Source of the DNA: an uncultured bacterium
GTDB lineage: Bacteria; Chloroflexota; UBA5177; JANWHV01
Direction of reading: 5' to 3'
DNA: 64,000 bases
Assembly (NCBI GenBank): GCA_963827235.1
Contig: CAWHAE010000012.1
Location: forward strand, 1,120,001-1,184,000
A model generated the notes under the pieces. The model made no database searches. It saw nothing but the letters and a program-made list of their open reading frames with translations, and was not told where the DNA came from. Numbering within the stretch: the stretch's first letter is position 1; every line of letters starts with the position of its first letter. The position numbers were made by a program, and so were the translations under genes. Shown piece by piece: positions 10,635 to 20,617 of the stretch.

Positions 10635-12286
10635 TCAGCCCTTCCACCACTCCCAGGTATTCCAGAGCTCGTAGCTGAACGGGCCGGGCGCGTAGTTGTG
10701 CAGCGTGTCCCGATACTCGGAAGGCGTGTTCTGCCCGTAGAGCCAGAGCGCCGGCAGGTCCTGATTCATGATCCGCTGCATCTGAGCGAAGACGGCTTTG
10801 CGCTTGGCGGGATCGAGCGTGGACTCCTCGGCGGCGATCAGCTTGTCGTAGGCGGGGTTGGAGTAGTGGCCGAAGTTGTCGCCCTTGGGCCCGAACTGGT
10901 TGCTGCCGAAGAAGGGCGCGATCGTGTTGTCAGGATCGTAGACCATGCCGTTCTCCCACTCGCCCAGGTCGAACTTGGCGTTGGGAAAGATGCTGCCGAA
11001 CAGCGTGGAGCCCGGGTAATTGACCAGAATGAGCTCGATACCGATCTGCTTGTAGCTCTGGAGGGCAATCGCCTCGTCCTGGGCGCGCCATTGGTTGTTC
11101 GAGGTCGTGGACCAGCGCAGGCTGAGGGTCTGCCCGTTCTTGTGACGGTAGCCATCCGATCCGAGCTTCCAGCCGGCCTGCGTCGAGCAGGCTCCTGGCC
11201 TTCGCCGGATCGTAGGGATACGGCTTGCACGGACGGATCATACGAGAATGAGGCGGATACCTGATCGGAGGCAATAAGCTGCGCTGCTCCGTGCCAGACG
11301 TCCTTGACCATGGCCGGGCGATCCAGCCCGTATTCCAGGGCCTGCCGCACGCGGACGTCGCGCAGGATGGGGTTCTCGAAGTTGACCACCGCCTGCTCGT
11401 AGTTGGGCGCCGGGGCGGCCAAGAACGTGTAGCCGCTGATGCTCCTCAGCACGTTGACCTGCGAGATGTCGAGAAACCACGCGGCATCGATCTCGTGCGC
11501 CCTGAGAGCGTTGGTGATGGACGTCTGCTCGGGGATGATGCGGAAGATCAACTGGTCCAGATAGGGGCGGCCGGCCATGTAGAAGTGCGGATTGCGCTTC
11601 TCCACGATATCGGCGCCAGCGTGGCGGGAGGCAATGACGAAGGGGCCGCTGCCCACCGTCGGCTGAAAGAGGAACTTGCTGGTGTTGATCTGCTTGCCGG
11701 TCAGGTCCTTGAGCGCGTGCTGCGGCACCGGCATCACCTGGTCGACCCAGATGGAGAGGAAGGGTACGTAGACCTGCTTGAGGTGGAAGGTGATCTTCAG
11801 GTGATCGGCCGAGACGTCGGCGCTCTTGATGTCGTCGAAGCCGACCCGGCTGTTGACGATCACGTCGGGTGAGGTCCACAGACGCCACGAGAAGTCCACG
11901 TCGCGCGCGTCCAGCGGCTGTCCATCGGACCATTCGAGGGCGGGCCGCAGTGTGAAGGTATAGGTGAGCCCGTCCTTGGAGATGCCGCCGTTGGCCAGGG
12001 TGGGCACGGTGGCGGCCAGCCCGGCATGCAGCTTGCCCGCACCGTCCGTGTAGAAGAGAGGCGAAAACAGGGTCTCCTGCACGCCGATGCTGAACGCGGT
12101 CACCCCCGTGTTGGGCAGGAGTGCCGTTGGCTCTTCGTAGAGCCCGTCGATGACCGTGCCGCCCGATACCGGCGTGACCGCCGCCCGCGACGCACGGACC
12201 TGGCCTGAGTTACCCGCGAACAAGCTTCCACCCAGAGGAAGGATCACGATGAGAGCCGCGGCGGCGGCCCGGCGAATTCTGACCAT
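10635..12286 (-). CDS. Peptide ABC transporter substrate-binding protein (family 5), split by two +1 frameshifts (~11228, ~11180)
   Basis: Signal peptide, DGLTYTFTLRP..WSDGQPL..DV, GSGPF. Continues in the other frames as PYPYDPAKARSLLD / AGWKLGSDGYRHKNG...MQRIMNQDLP. Confidence 0.88.
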
Positions 12287-12451
12287 GGTAGCCCACCTTT
12301 CTCGCGATACATATACATTAATCCGGTCGGGTAAGTCAAGTTAACCTGCCGGTTGAATCCGGCTCGGGCCTATGGCGCGGCGACGTGTAGGCATCGCCGC
12401 CATGCCATTACCATATGTAGAGGATGCTTAACGAGACCGGGAGGGCTGGTG

Positions 12452-12913
12452 ATGCAGGAACAGGTGCTGGAGACGTGGGCGATCCACAATCGGATCAATC
12501 TCTTCATGCTCGACGCCGTCGCTCCCGAGGCTCTTGGGGCGCCCGTGGCGCGGGGCCGCACGGTGGGCGAGCAATTCGCGCACATGCACAACGTTCGCGT
12601 GATGTGGCTGGAGACGTCGGCACCCGACCTGGTCGAAGGCCTGACCAAGGTCGACAAGGCGGACGCCGCCGATCGCGACGCGCTGCGCAAGGCCCTGGAC
12701 GGCTCCGGCCGCGCCATCGGCCGGCTCCTCGAGCAGTCCCTGCAGTCGGGGGGTAAGGTAAAGGGCTTCAAGCCGCATGCCATCGCCTTCCTGGCCTATC
12801 TGATCTCTCACGATTCCTACCATCGAGCGGAGATTGGCCTCATTCTCGCACAAATCGGCTTTCCGCTGGAGCGGTCGTCGTCCTACGGCCTGTGGGAGTG
12901 GGGGACGCGCTGA
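12452..12913 (+). CDS. DinB family protein
   Basis: RTVGEQFAHMHNVR and YLISHDSYHR metal-binding histidines. Confidence 0.88.
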   Translation: MQEQVLETWAIHNRINLFMLDAVAPEALGAPVARGRTVGEQFAHMHNVRVMWLETSAPDLVEGLTKVDKADAADRDALRKALDGSGRAIGRLLEQSLQSGGKVKGFKPHAIAFLAYLISHDSYHRAEIGLILAQIGFPLERSSSYGLWEWGTR

Positions 12914-13109
12914 CCGCTCGGCCGTCACATGGTCAACGGCCCACACCATATCCATCGTCAATACCTCGCGCGACGTCCGTGCCGGCAGCGCCATTGCGGT
13001 GGGCCGGAATACGATTGGTGAGGATTCGTCATGCTCTCGGGAGATAAGCGGCCGCGCGTGCGCTATGATCAGCGTGAGGAGTCAGTCGAGCCCTGGGAGG
13101 AGTCATGCC

Positions 13110-13541
13110 ATGGCAGTCGACCCCACGATCGTGCTCAAGAACGGTAAGTACATCAGCCTCACGACGTACCGGCGAAGCGGCGTGGCGGTGTCCACGCCGG
13201 TATGGTTCATACTCGAAGACGGCCACCTGCTGGCATGGACGGGAGCGAAGACGGGCAAAGCGAAGCGAATCCGCAACAACCCTCGGGTCAGCGTGGCACC
13301 CAGTACCGCCAGGGGCAAGGTGACCGGCCCTACCTGGCAGGCCACGGCCACGATCCTGCCCCCGGGCAGCGAGAAGCGGCTCGAGCGGCTGCTGGCGCGC
13401 AAATACCGCGTGGTGATGCCGATCATCAAGTCCCTCAACGCAGTGCAGCGTCTGATTCGTCGTCGCCCGCGGGAAGCCTCGATCTGCCTGCAGATCGACT
13501 TCGACGCGGCCGGCCGGCCCGGCGCCGAGCAGGACTCGTAG
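13110..13541 (+). CDS. PPOX-class F420-dependent oxidoreductase (Rv2061-like)
   Basis: RBS GGAGGAG; KYISLTTYRRSGVAVSTPVWF...GKAKRIRNNPRVSVAP. Confidence 0.9.
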   Translation: MAVDPTIVLKNGKYISLTTYRRSGVAVSTPVWFILEDGHLLAWTGAKTGKAKRIRNNPRVSVAPSTARGKVTGPTWQATATILPPGSEKRLERLLARKYRVVMPIIKSLNAVQRLIRRRPREASICLQIDFDAAGRPGAEQDS

Positions 13542-13638
13542 CGACGCTCTCCCGGCCAGTCCACTGGCCTGCCAACCGGGGATCCCGGACCGAGCGCTCG
13601 TTTCGGGCCGGCAGCGCCCCGGCGGGGCGGTGCCGCGC

Positions 13639-14892
13639 TCATATCGATGCGTCGTCCTTGCGCGACCACGTCGTACCGTCGGGCGTGTCGGCGATCACGT
13701 AGCCGAGATCCGACAGCGTGTCGCGCAACTCGTCCGCCGCGTCCCACTGCCGGCCCCGGCGCAGGGCCGCGCGCGCGACGACCAGGGCATCGACCAGCAG
13801 CCGTGACTCCCGGCGTCTTGCCGCGCCGAGCTGCTCGGCGCGCGCCAGGCGAGGCAGCATCGTTTGGAGTGCCTGCACCGCCAGCTCGGCGCGGCCGGGC
13901 AGCGATTGCTCGAGCCCGGCGCCGGCCACCAGGCTGAGCGCGACCAGTCCATCGAGCCCGGCGGAGACGTCCCCCTCGGCCAGGGCGGCCTCGACCCGGC
14001 CGCGCAGCAGACCGATGTCGGAATCGCGCGGCTGCGCATCGTCTTCGAGGGGCTCAGCAGTCTCGGCCGCCGGCTTGGCCGCGTGCCCGGCGCCGGCGGG
14101 CACGGGATTGTCGAAGGCGATGCGGTCGCCGCGCGCGTAGACGACCTCCCGGCCCTCCCGGCGCATGGTCACCGTGCCGGCGCCGAGCACCTCGCCGGTG
14201 AGCTCGGGTCCGACATGGAGGCAGGTGTACTCGTCGAGGCCGAGCACCAGGTCGCCGGCGTCCAGCATCCGCTCGAGCACGGCGAACCGGGCCCCGCCCA
14301 TGAAGCAGAAGCGCGTGTCGTAGCCGTCGCCGCTGGCGTTGTTCCAGTGCGGCACGACCGCCGCGCGCACCCCGATCGTGCCCAGCAGGTCCAACCCGGC
14401 AATCCAGCCGGGATCGATCCCGGCCTTGAAGATCTCGTAGACGGGGATCGTCTGCCTCCCGGCGGCTACGGCGGCGGCGCTGGCGAAGACGACCATGGCA
14501 CCGGCGCGCCAGCGCGCGGCCACTGCCTGCCAGACGGGACTTCCCTGCAGCACCTTCACGCCGTAGCTGGGGCTGCCCGGGCCCGCCAGGATATAGTTGG
14601 ACTGCCCGATGGCGCTGACCGCGGCGGCGATCTCGCCGGCGCTCTCCCGTCCGCTGCGGAAGCGGGCAAGGGCCGGGTCGAGCGCGAAGTTCCGCCTGAA
14701 GTACTCGATCGCCTTGCGGTCGATGGCGTCGATATTCGACTCGAAGCCGGCAAAGGTGTCGAGAAACAGCGGTCGAGCCGGCTCGCCGAGGCGCCCCATG
14801 AGCGTGCGGTGGACCTCTGCCGAGGCGTCCGCCAGCTCACCCGATCCAATCAGCGCCAGGCCGCCGTGCTTGCTGAGAGGCACCCCGCTCAT
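13639..14892 (-). CDS. Cyanophycinase/peptidase S51-like (class I GATase-like fold) protein with C-terminal CysRS-like helical domain
   Basis: LALIGSGE, AGPGSPSY, FASAAA, VVPHWNN, LGLDEYT; C-terminus RQWDAADELRDTLSDLGYVIADTPDGTTW. Confidence 0.8.
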   Translation of the reverse strand: MSGVPLSKHGGLALIGSGELADASAEVHRTLMGRLGEPARPLFLDTFAGFESNIDAIDRKAIEYFRRNFALDPALARFRSGRESAGEIAAAVSAIGQSNYILAGPGSPSYGVKVLQGSPVWQAVAARWRAGAMVVFASAAAVAAGRQTIPVYEIFKAGIDPGWIAGLDLLGTIGVRAAVVPHWNNASGDGYDTRFCFMGGARFAVLERMLDAGDLVLGLDEYTCLHVGPELTGEVLGAGTVTMRREGREVVYARGDRIAFDNPVPAGAGHAAKPAAETAEPLEDDAQPRDSDIGLLRGRVEAALAEGDVSAGLDGLVALSLVAGAGLEQSLPGRAELAVQALQTMLPRLARAEQLGAARRRESRLLVDALVVARAALRRGRQWDAADELRDTLSDLGYVIADTPDGTTWSRKDDASI

Positions 14893-15088
14893 CCGGACTC
14901 CCCACCGATGCGCGCCATGTGCGCCTACTTCCATGCTCTCACCTAACACCGGAGGTTACAAGCGCGTGGACTGTCGCGTCTGCGCGTTCGGCGTGCACAG
15001 AGCCACCCTCATCCAACCAGAACTGCAGCATCTTATCGAGCCGGCAACAGTCGGCGTAGGGCGGCGCAAGTGGCTGGGGCATGTCGGG

Positions 15089-15335
15089 CGGCGGGGCCGA
15101 CCATTTCGTTTCGCAGTTTCCCATGTTGTCCGTGTGCGCGCAGGTGCCGGCAGCAGCGAGGCCGGCAGGAGCGTTACCGGTGGCAACGGGGCAGGACGCG
15201 GCCGCATCGGAGCCGGCGCCCTCCGCACACAGAGCGGCAACCGGCGGGGCCGACCATTTCGTTTCGCAGTTTTGCATGTTGTCTGCGTGTGCGCAGGCGC
15301 CGGTGCTGAGCAGGCCGCGGAGGAGCGTGCCGGGC
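15089..15335. repeat. Two diverged direct repeats (~90 bp, 153-bp period)
   Basis: CGGCGGGGCCGACCATTTCGTTTCGCAGTTT occurs at 15089 and 15242, and similarity continues ~60 bp further. On the minus strand both encode NM.NCETKWSAPP. Confidence 0.85.
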
Positions 15336-15610
15336 ATGGACCCACCCCACTTTCGTATTGCATAGGGAGAACAGGTGTTCTAGCATATCCATCGTAGCAC
15401 GGGAATTCGCGAGGTCAAGGAAGACATCGGGCGGGTTAGGAGCCTCCAGCTGCGGCAAGATGGCAGGGGACGGGGGACTGCGGTCCCAGGTGGACGGAGG
15501 ACGGTAGCCTCCGACTGGGATCGGATGGTGTCGTGTAGGGACGGGGCCGGCTGCGGCCGGATGGTGCGTGGGATACCACGACTCGTGCCTGGAGGGATTT
15601 GGGCGACGGG

Positions 15611-15765
15611 ATGAGGCTCCCCGGGCTGAAGCGGCGGGGCTTCAGGGGTCGCACGATCTCTGTGGTGCATCCGGCATCTGTGGCACAGGTTTCAGTGGGC
15701 GAAAGCGGGTTAAAACCCGCCACTTGGCGAGGAAATGAGGCTCCCCGTGCTAAAGCACTGCGCAT
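15611..15765. mobile_element. Possible non-autonomous IS200/IS605-derived mini-element (paired terminal hairpins)
   Basis: ATGAGGCTCCCCGGGCTGAAGCGGCGGGGCTTC (15611) and ATGAGGCTCCCCGTGCTAAAGCAC (15735) resemble IS605-family end hairpins. Internal hairpin GCGGGT-TAAA-ACCCGC. No transposase. Confidence 0.45.
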
Positions 15766-15945
15766 CAGGTCCGAGGCCCCTCTCCCGGATGCTCCACTTA
15801 GCGGATGAGGAAGGCAAGATGTCGCTGCCGGAGGTGGACGCCGTGAGAGCCTGTGTGCGGCGAATCTCCGCCGATTGGCCAACTCCATGGCAACCAGGAC
15901 GTCGGCATCGATCATGGGAGCCACGGCGTGCGGCCTCCTCCTGCT

Positions 15946-17397
15946 TCAATCAGCGGAGCCACGGCGCCAGGCATCCTGCTTCAGGGCGGCACGCGCCGCG
16001 TGATAGCCGCACATGCCGTGCACGCCTGCACCGGGAGGAGTCGCGGACGAGCAGATGAACAGTCCGCGCACAGGGGTGCCGTACGGGTGCAGGCGCAGCA
16101 AGGTTCGACCCAGAAGACCGCGCAGATCCTGCGCGCCGCCCGCGATGTCGCCGCCGATCAGATTGGCGTCCCAGCGCTCCAGCTCGGCGGGCCCCTGCAC
16201 GCGGCGCGCCAGGATCAGATCGTGGAAACCGGGCGCGAAGCGCTCGATCTGCGCCTCGATCCGATCCGTCATGTCGACCGTGGATCCGTTGGGCACGTGA
16301 CAGTAGGCCCACACGGTGTGCTTCCCGGCCGGGGCACGCGAGTTGTCGAAGAGCGAGTGCTGCGCCAGCAGCACGAACGGTCTCGCGGGGTGCCTGCCGG
16401 CCTCCACCTCGCGCTCCGCCGCGGCGATCTCGGCCAGCGTGCCCCCGAGGTGGACGGTGCCGGCCAGCCCGGCGGCGGCAGACTGCCAGGGCACGGGAGC
16501 GGATAGCGCGTAGTCGAGCTTGAAGACGCCGGGACCGTGCCGGTACCAGCGCAGTCTCTCGCGGAGCCGGGCCGGCAGCACGTCGCCAGCCAGGCGCTCG
16601 ACCTGGCGCGGCGTCAGGTCCAGCAGCACCGTGCGAGCAGGCGGCAACTCGCCGAGCGAGGCAATGCGTGCGCCGGTTACCAGCTCGCCGCCCAGGGACA
16701 CGAAGTGGCGAGCAAGCGCCGTCGAGAGGGCCTGCGTACCGCCTCGCACCAGCGGCCACCCGCTCGTGTGGGCCAGAGTAGCGAACAGAAGGGCGTAGCC
16801 GGCCGTAGTGGCCCGTTCCAGCGGCACTATAGCGTGTGCCGCCAGGCCTGCCATCAGGGCCCGCACCCTCTCGCCGCGGAACAGAGTCCAGCTCAGGTGG
16901 GTCGCGGGCCATATGCCGAGCAGCCCGAAGCGGGCCAGCGCCAGGGGATGGCGGGGAACGGCGAGCGGACCGAGCAGGCTGCCCTCCAGCTTCTTCCAAT
17001 CCGCTGCCAGGGAGCCGATCAGGCGGCGGTAGCGCCGCTCGTCCACGCCCAGTCCAGAGGCTGTCCGTTCCACCGACCGTTCCAGCAGCACCACCTGTCC
17101 GTCGTCGAGCGGGTGGGCCACGGCGGCGGGAGGCTGAATCCATTCGACGCCCAGGTCTGCCAGCGGGAGGTCGCGCAGGAAGGGAGAGGATACGGCCAGC
17201 GGCAGGATCGCGGCGCCCACGTCGTGCACGAAACCGGGCAGGGTGAGAGACGCGGAGCGGGCGGCGCCGCCCACGCCGTCCTCGGCCTCCAGGAGCAGCG
17301 TGGATCGGCCGGCCCGCGCCATCTCGATGGCGGCTGCCAGCCCGTTCGGTCCGGCGCCGACCACGACGGCGTCGTAGCGCGCCTGCGTCACCGGCAC
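15946..17397 (-). CDS. Phytoene dehydrogenase-like NAD(P)/FAD-dependent oxidoreductase
   Basis: VVVGAGPNGLAAA, LTLPGFVHDV, C-terminal CSSATPPGAGVHGMCGY. Confidence 0.92.
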   Translation of the reverse strand: MPVTQARYDAVVVGAGPNGLAAAIEMARAGRSTLLLEAEDGVGGAARSASLTLPGFVHDVGAAILPLAVSSPFLRDLPLADLGVEWIQPPAAVAHPLDDGQVVLLERSVERTASGLGVDERRYRRLIGSLAADWKKLEGSLLGPLAVPRHPLALARFGLLGIWPATHLSWTLFRGERVRALMAGLAAHAIVPLERATTAGYALLFATLAHTSGWPLVRGGTQALSTALARHFVSLGGELVTGARIASLGELPPARTVLLDLTPRQVERLAGDVLPARLRERLRWYRHGPGVFKLDYALSAPVPWQSAAAGLAGTVHLGGTLAEIAAAEREVEAGRHPARPFVLLAQHSLFDNSRAPAGKHTVWAYCHVPNGSTVDMTDRIEAQIERFAPGFHDLILARRVQGPAELERWDANLIGGDIAGGAQDLRGLLGRTLLRLHPYGTPVRGLFICSSATPPGAGVHGMCGYHAARAALKQDAWRRGSAD

Positions 17398-17433
17398 GGT
17401 CCGCGGCGGCGAACGGGCCGGCAGGATTGCGCC

Positions 17434-18249
17434 CTAGAAATAGTCATTGAGGTACAGACCGCCGTCGAAGATCAGCACCTGGCCTGTGATCCAGCGCCCC
17501 TCGTCGGAGCACAGCCAGGAGATGAGCCTGGCCGCGTCCTCGGGCTCGCTCCAGCGCCCTTGCGGATGCCGGGCCGCCAGGGCGGCCACGTCCTCCACAC
17601 TCGCGTATCCGGTGTCGGTGGCGCCGGGGTTGATGCAGTTCACAGTGATCCCTTTGCGGATGAGAGCCCCGGCCATGCTGGCGGTCAACTGGTGCAGCGC
17701 CCCCTTGGACGCGACGTACGGCAGCTCGCCGGGCATGGGATGCACAGATTGGCCCGACGTGAAGGTGATCACCCTTCCCCCGGGTGAGCCGTCGTGCTGC
17801 GCCGCGAAGGCCTGCACGAGCAGCAGCGTGGCACGGCGTTGACCGCGAAGCAGCGGTCGAGCTCCTCGGCCGTGAGCGACTCGAGATCCTCGGCCGTGAG
17901 CGACTCGAGATCCTTGGAGGCGCTGCGTGCGTGGTTGGCGATCAGGATATCCACGCGCCCAAAGGCGTCGCGCGCGGCCTGTATCACGGCCTAGGGTGCG
18001 TCCCGATCGGCGAAGTCGGCGGCGAGGTGCGCGAAGCGCGGAGGGGACGCCCGCGCGCAGGGCATTCACGATCCCCTCAGGAGAGAGTGGATCGGCGCCC
18101 CATGGCTGCTCGGCGTCGTGCGGGGCCCAGGACTGCAGGAAGACAGCGGCGCCGTCCTCGGCCAGGCGACGCGCAATGGCGTAGCCTATCCCGATGCGGC
18201 GGCTGACGCCGGTCACCACGGCAACGCGGCCTACCAGTCCAGCACCCAT
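17434..18249 (-). pseudogene. SDR-family oxidoreductase, disrupted
   Basis: VVTGVSRRIGIG, YVASKGAL, NPGATDTG. Middle third is in another frame (shifts ~18040, ~17836), with in-frame TAG at 17991-17993 and a 24-bp tandem duplication. Confidence 0.75.
17863..17914. repeat. 24-bp tandem duplication inside the SDR gene
   Basis: TCCTCGGCCGTGAGCGACTCGAGA x2 (DLESLTAE x2). Confidence 0.9.
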
Positions 18250-18322
18250 CGCCGGCTATCCTCTCGACGAACAGCGCCCGCGGGGCACACCACGCAAGCA
18301 CGCAGAGTCAAAGATACCGTCT

Positions 18323-18550
18323 TCACCGCGCGTCCTCGGGCATGAGCACGCGACACACGAGTTCGAACTCGTACGCCTCATCCGCGGTCATGTAGAAGAC
18401 GCAACGCGTATCCTGCTCGACCGTGCTCAGAGGCTGCCCGGTATGGCGAGCGAGGATCTCGTTGACCCGCCGGACCGGTCGCAGGATCGGGCGCGACTGG
18501 ATCTCGATGTCCGGAGTGGCACTTTGAAAGCCCGCGGAGCCCAGATGAAC
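18323..18550 (-). pseudogene. clpP: C-terminal fragment of ATP-dependent Clp protease proteolytic subunit
   Basis: Hand translation VHLGSAGFQSATPDIEIQSRPILRPVRRVNEILARHTGQPLSTVEQDTRCVFYMTADEAYEFELVCRVL matches the ClpP tail (HQ..GG.QG.ATDIEI.AREIL...NE..A.HTGQ....E.DT.RD.F..A.EA.EYGLVD). No start codon or N-terminal half. Confidence 0.8.
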
Positions 18551-18562
18551 CTGGCAGCCTGA

Positions 18563-19171
18563 TTACCGGCGCGGCGCCCCTCCCCAGCCGAAGTGGGCGA
18601 GCGTCTCGCGTCCGCTCGGCAGGGCCATGGCCACGAGCATGATCTTGGCGAGATCGCCGGGCACATAGGGCCACAGACCGAGGTCCTCCGCGCGGCCGGG
18701 TCCGGTGTGCAGGAACACGGCCAGCCAGGCGACGCCGCCCAGGAACACCAGGGCGTCGGCGAGCAACAGGGCCAGGAGGACCGGCACGACGCGGTAGGAC
18801 CCACGCATGCGGTCGGTCGCGGCGCCGGCCGCGAATGCGGCCGCGGGAAAGGCCCACAGGTAACCGGCGGTGACCCCGGCCAGCACGGCGGGACCGCTCG
18901 TGCCCCCGGCGAAGACCGGAAGGCCGGCGGCGCCCTCCACGAGGTAGCAGAGCATGGCAAGCACACCGGCTCGCGGGCCGAGCACGGCGCCGGTAAGCAG
19001 AACGGCCAGGGTTTGCCCGGTAACCGGTACCGGGCTGAACGGCAACATGATGCTGATCTGCGCGCCGATGGCGGTGAACAGGCTGCCGGCCAGGGCGAGC
19101 GTGACGAGCGTCAGGACGCCTGTCCGCGGAAACCGATTCCTGATCAGAACGGGGGTGAGCGTCCTGGGCAT
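18563..19171 (-). CDS. bioY: Biotin transporter BioY (ECF S-component)
   Basis: LPFSPVPVTGQTLAVLLTGAVLG, YLVEGAAGLPVFAGG, TAGYLWAF, PYVPGDLAK; RBS AAGGAGAG. Confidence 0.92.
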   Translation of the reverse strand: MPRTLTPVLIRNRFPRTGVLTLVTLALAGSLFTAIGAQISIMLPFSPVPVTGQTLAVLLTGAVLGPRAGVLAMLCYLVEGAAGLPVFAGGTSGPAVLAGVTAGYLWAFPAAAFAAGAATDRMRGSYRVVPVLLALLLADALVFLGGVAWLAVFLHTGPGRAEDLGLWPYVPGDLAKIMLVAMALPSGRETLAHFGWGGAPRR

Positions 19172-19339
19172 AGTCGCAATTCTCTCCTTCGTACGAGCGT
19201 GGTGCCAGAGCCCGGCATGCCTGCACCGGGTGCGGGCTTGCCATTTGCCAGCATAGCGGATCATCGTGCCGCGACACGCCCCGAGGCGTCTTCAGTTGAG
19301 CGCGGTCGTCGGCTGCTCGGCCTCGAGCGGCTGGGCATG

Positions 19340-20617
19340 TCAGCGCTTCTCGCCTGCCGGCGTCGCCACCGTGCCGGCGGGCGCGTGCGTGTGATAGTGC
19401 GCGTCCTCCTCGTCAATCGGCTCGGGATCTCTGATACCCAGGCTCACCGCGCCACACACCAGAGCCAGCACGCCCGCGGTTACCAGAAACACCGAGCGAA
19501 TGCCCAGCGTGCTGGCGATCGTGCTGCCGCCTACCTGGCCGAGCGCCTGCCCGGCGGCATTGGCGCCCGCGCTCAAGCCGATGGTGGCCCCGCGCCATTC
19601 GGCCGGCGTGCCGAGGCTCATCATGGTAGTGGAGGTGGCAAGCATGCCGCCCAGCGCAAGGCCTTCCAGGCCGCGCAAGACATAGAGCTGGTTGATGCTG
19701 GTGGCGAAGGACTGCGGCACGTTGAGCAGCGCCGCCGACATGGTGGCGCCGATCAGGACGATGCGGAAGCGCCGGCGGCGATCCAGCAGCCGCCCTGCCG
19801 CCACGGCAGTGATGGCACTGCAAATACCGGCAATGGAGAAGACGTTGCCGGCAAGGGCCGCGGCGTTATTGGATGTGGCGCCGAGGTCCTGGACAAACAC
19901 CGGCAGGATGGGCGCCACGATCTGGCCGCCAAACTGCACGGCGCAGACCACCATGATGATCAGGGCCAACTGGCGGTTGCCGAGGATGGAACGCACGTCG
20001 CCGCGCAGGCTGCGTCTCACCTGGTCCTGTCGCTCCTTCACGGGCGTGAATTGCTCCTCGACCAGAAATGTGACCAGCACGGCAGCGGTCGCCAGAAAGG
20101 CAGAGGCGACGAAGAACGTGGTGCGGAACCCCACGTGGACGACGAGCTGCCCGCCTACCAACGGTCCGATGGAGGCGCCCGTGAACAGCGCCGTCTGCAT
20201 AGCGCCCATGGCCAACCCCAGCCGCTCCCGAGGCACCGACGAGGCGACGAGGGCCTGCGAGGCAGCTACGCTGCCGGTCAGCATGCCTTGCACGATGCGC
20301 AGGACGAGCAGCTCCGGAGGATTCTGCACGACGGTCATCAGGAACACGATAACCGCTCCGGATGCCATGGCGCGCACCACCATCATCTTCCGGCCGTAGC
20401 GGTCGGCAACCGATCCCCAGAGCGGGGCGAAAATGGTCATGGCCACCGTCGTGCCGGCGAAGAGTACGCCGGACCAGAGCAGGAGCGCATGCCGGTTGTG
20501 CACGCCCAGGTGCTGGACGTAGAGCGCAAGAAAGGGGTTGACGAAGTTGAAGCCTATTATGGCGAGAATCTGGGCCGTCCAGCTAACCCAGAGCACGCGC
20601 TGCCACGACCTGCCCAT
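19340..20617 (-). CDS. MFS transporter (MdtG/DHA1-like)
   Basis: Motif A WGSVADRYGRK; about 12 TM segments. Confidence 0.92.
   Translation of the reverse strand: MGRSWQRVLWVSWTAQILAIIGFNFVNPFLALYVQHLGVHNRHALLLWSGVLFAGTTVAMTIFAPLWGSVADRYGRKMMVVRAMASGAVIVFLMTVVQNPPELLVLRIVQGMLTGSVAASQALVASSVPRERLGLAMGAMQTALFTGASIGPLVGGQLVVHVGFRTTFFVASAFLATAAVLVTFLVEEQFTPVKERQDQVRRSLRGDVRSILGNRQLALIIMVVCAVQFGGQIVAPILPVFVQDLGATSNNAAALAGNVFSIAGICSAITAVAAGRLLDRRRRFRIVLIGATMSAALLNVPQSFATSINQLYVLRGLEGLALGGMLATSTTMMSLGTPAEWRGATIGLSAGANAAGQALGQVGGSTIASTLGIRSVFLVTAGVLALVCGAVSLGIRDPEPIDEEDAHYHTHAPAGTVATPAGEKR

Noticed and set aside
10635-12286. Split ABC substrate-binding protein as two or three genes
   Set aside because: Two single-base insertions ~50 bp apart account for the split, and removing them restores one continuous family-5 SBP.
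15089-15765. CRISPR array
   Set aside because: Only two copies of each repeat, spacing of 124-153 bp, and no cas genes.
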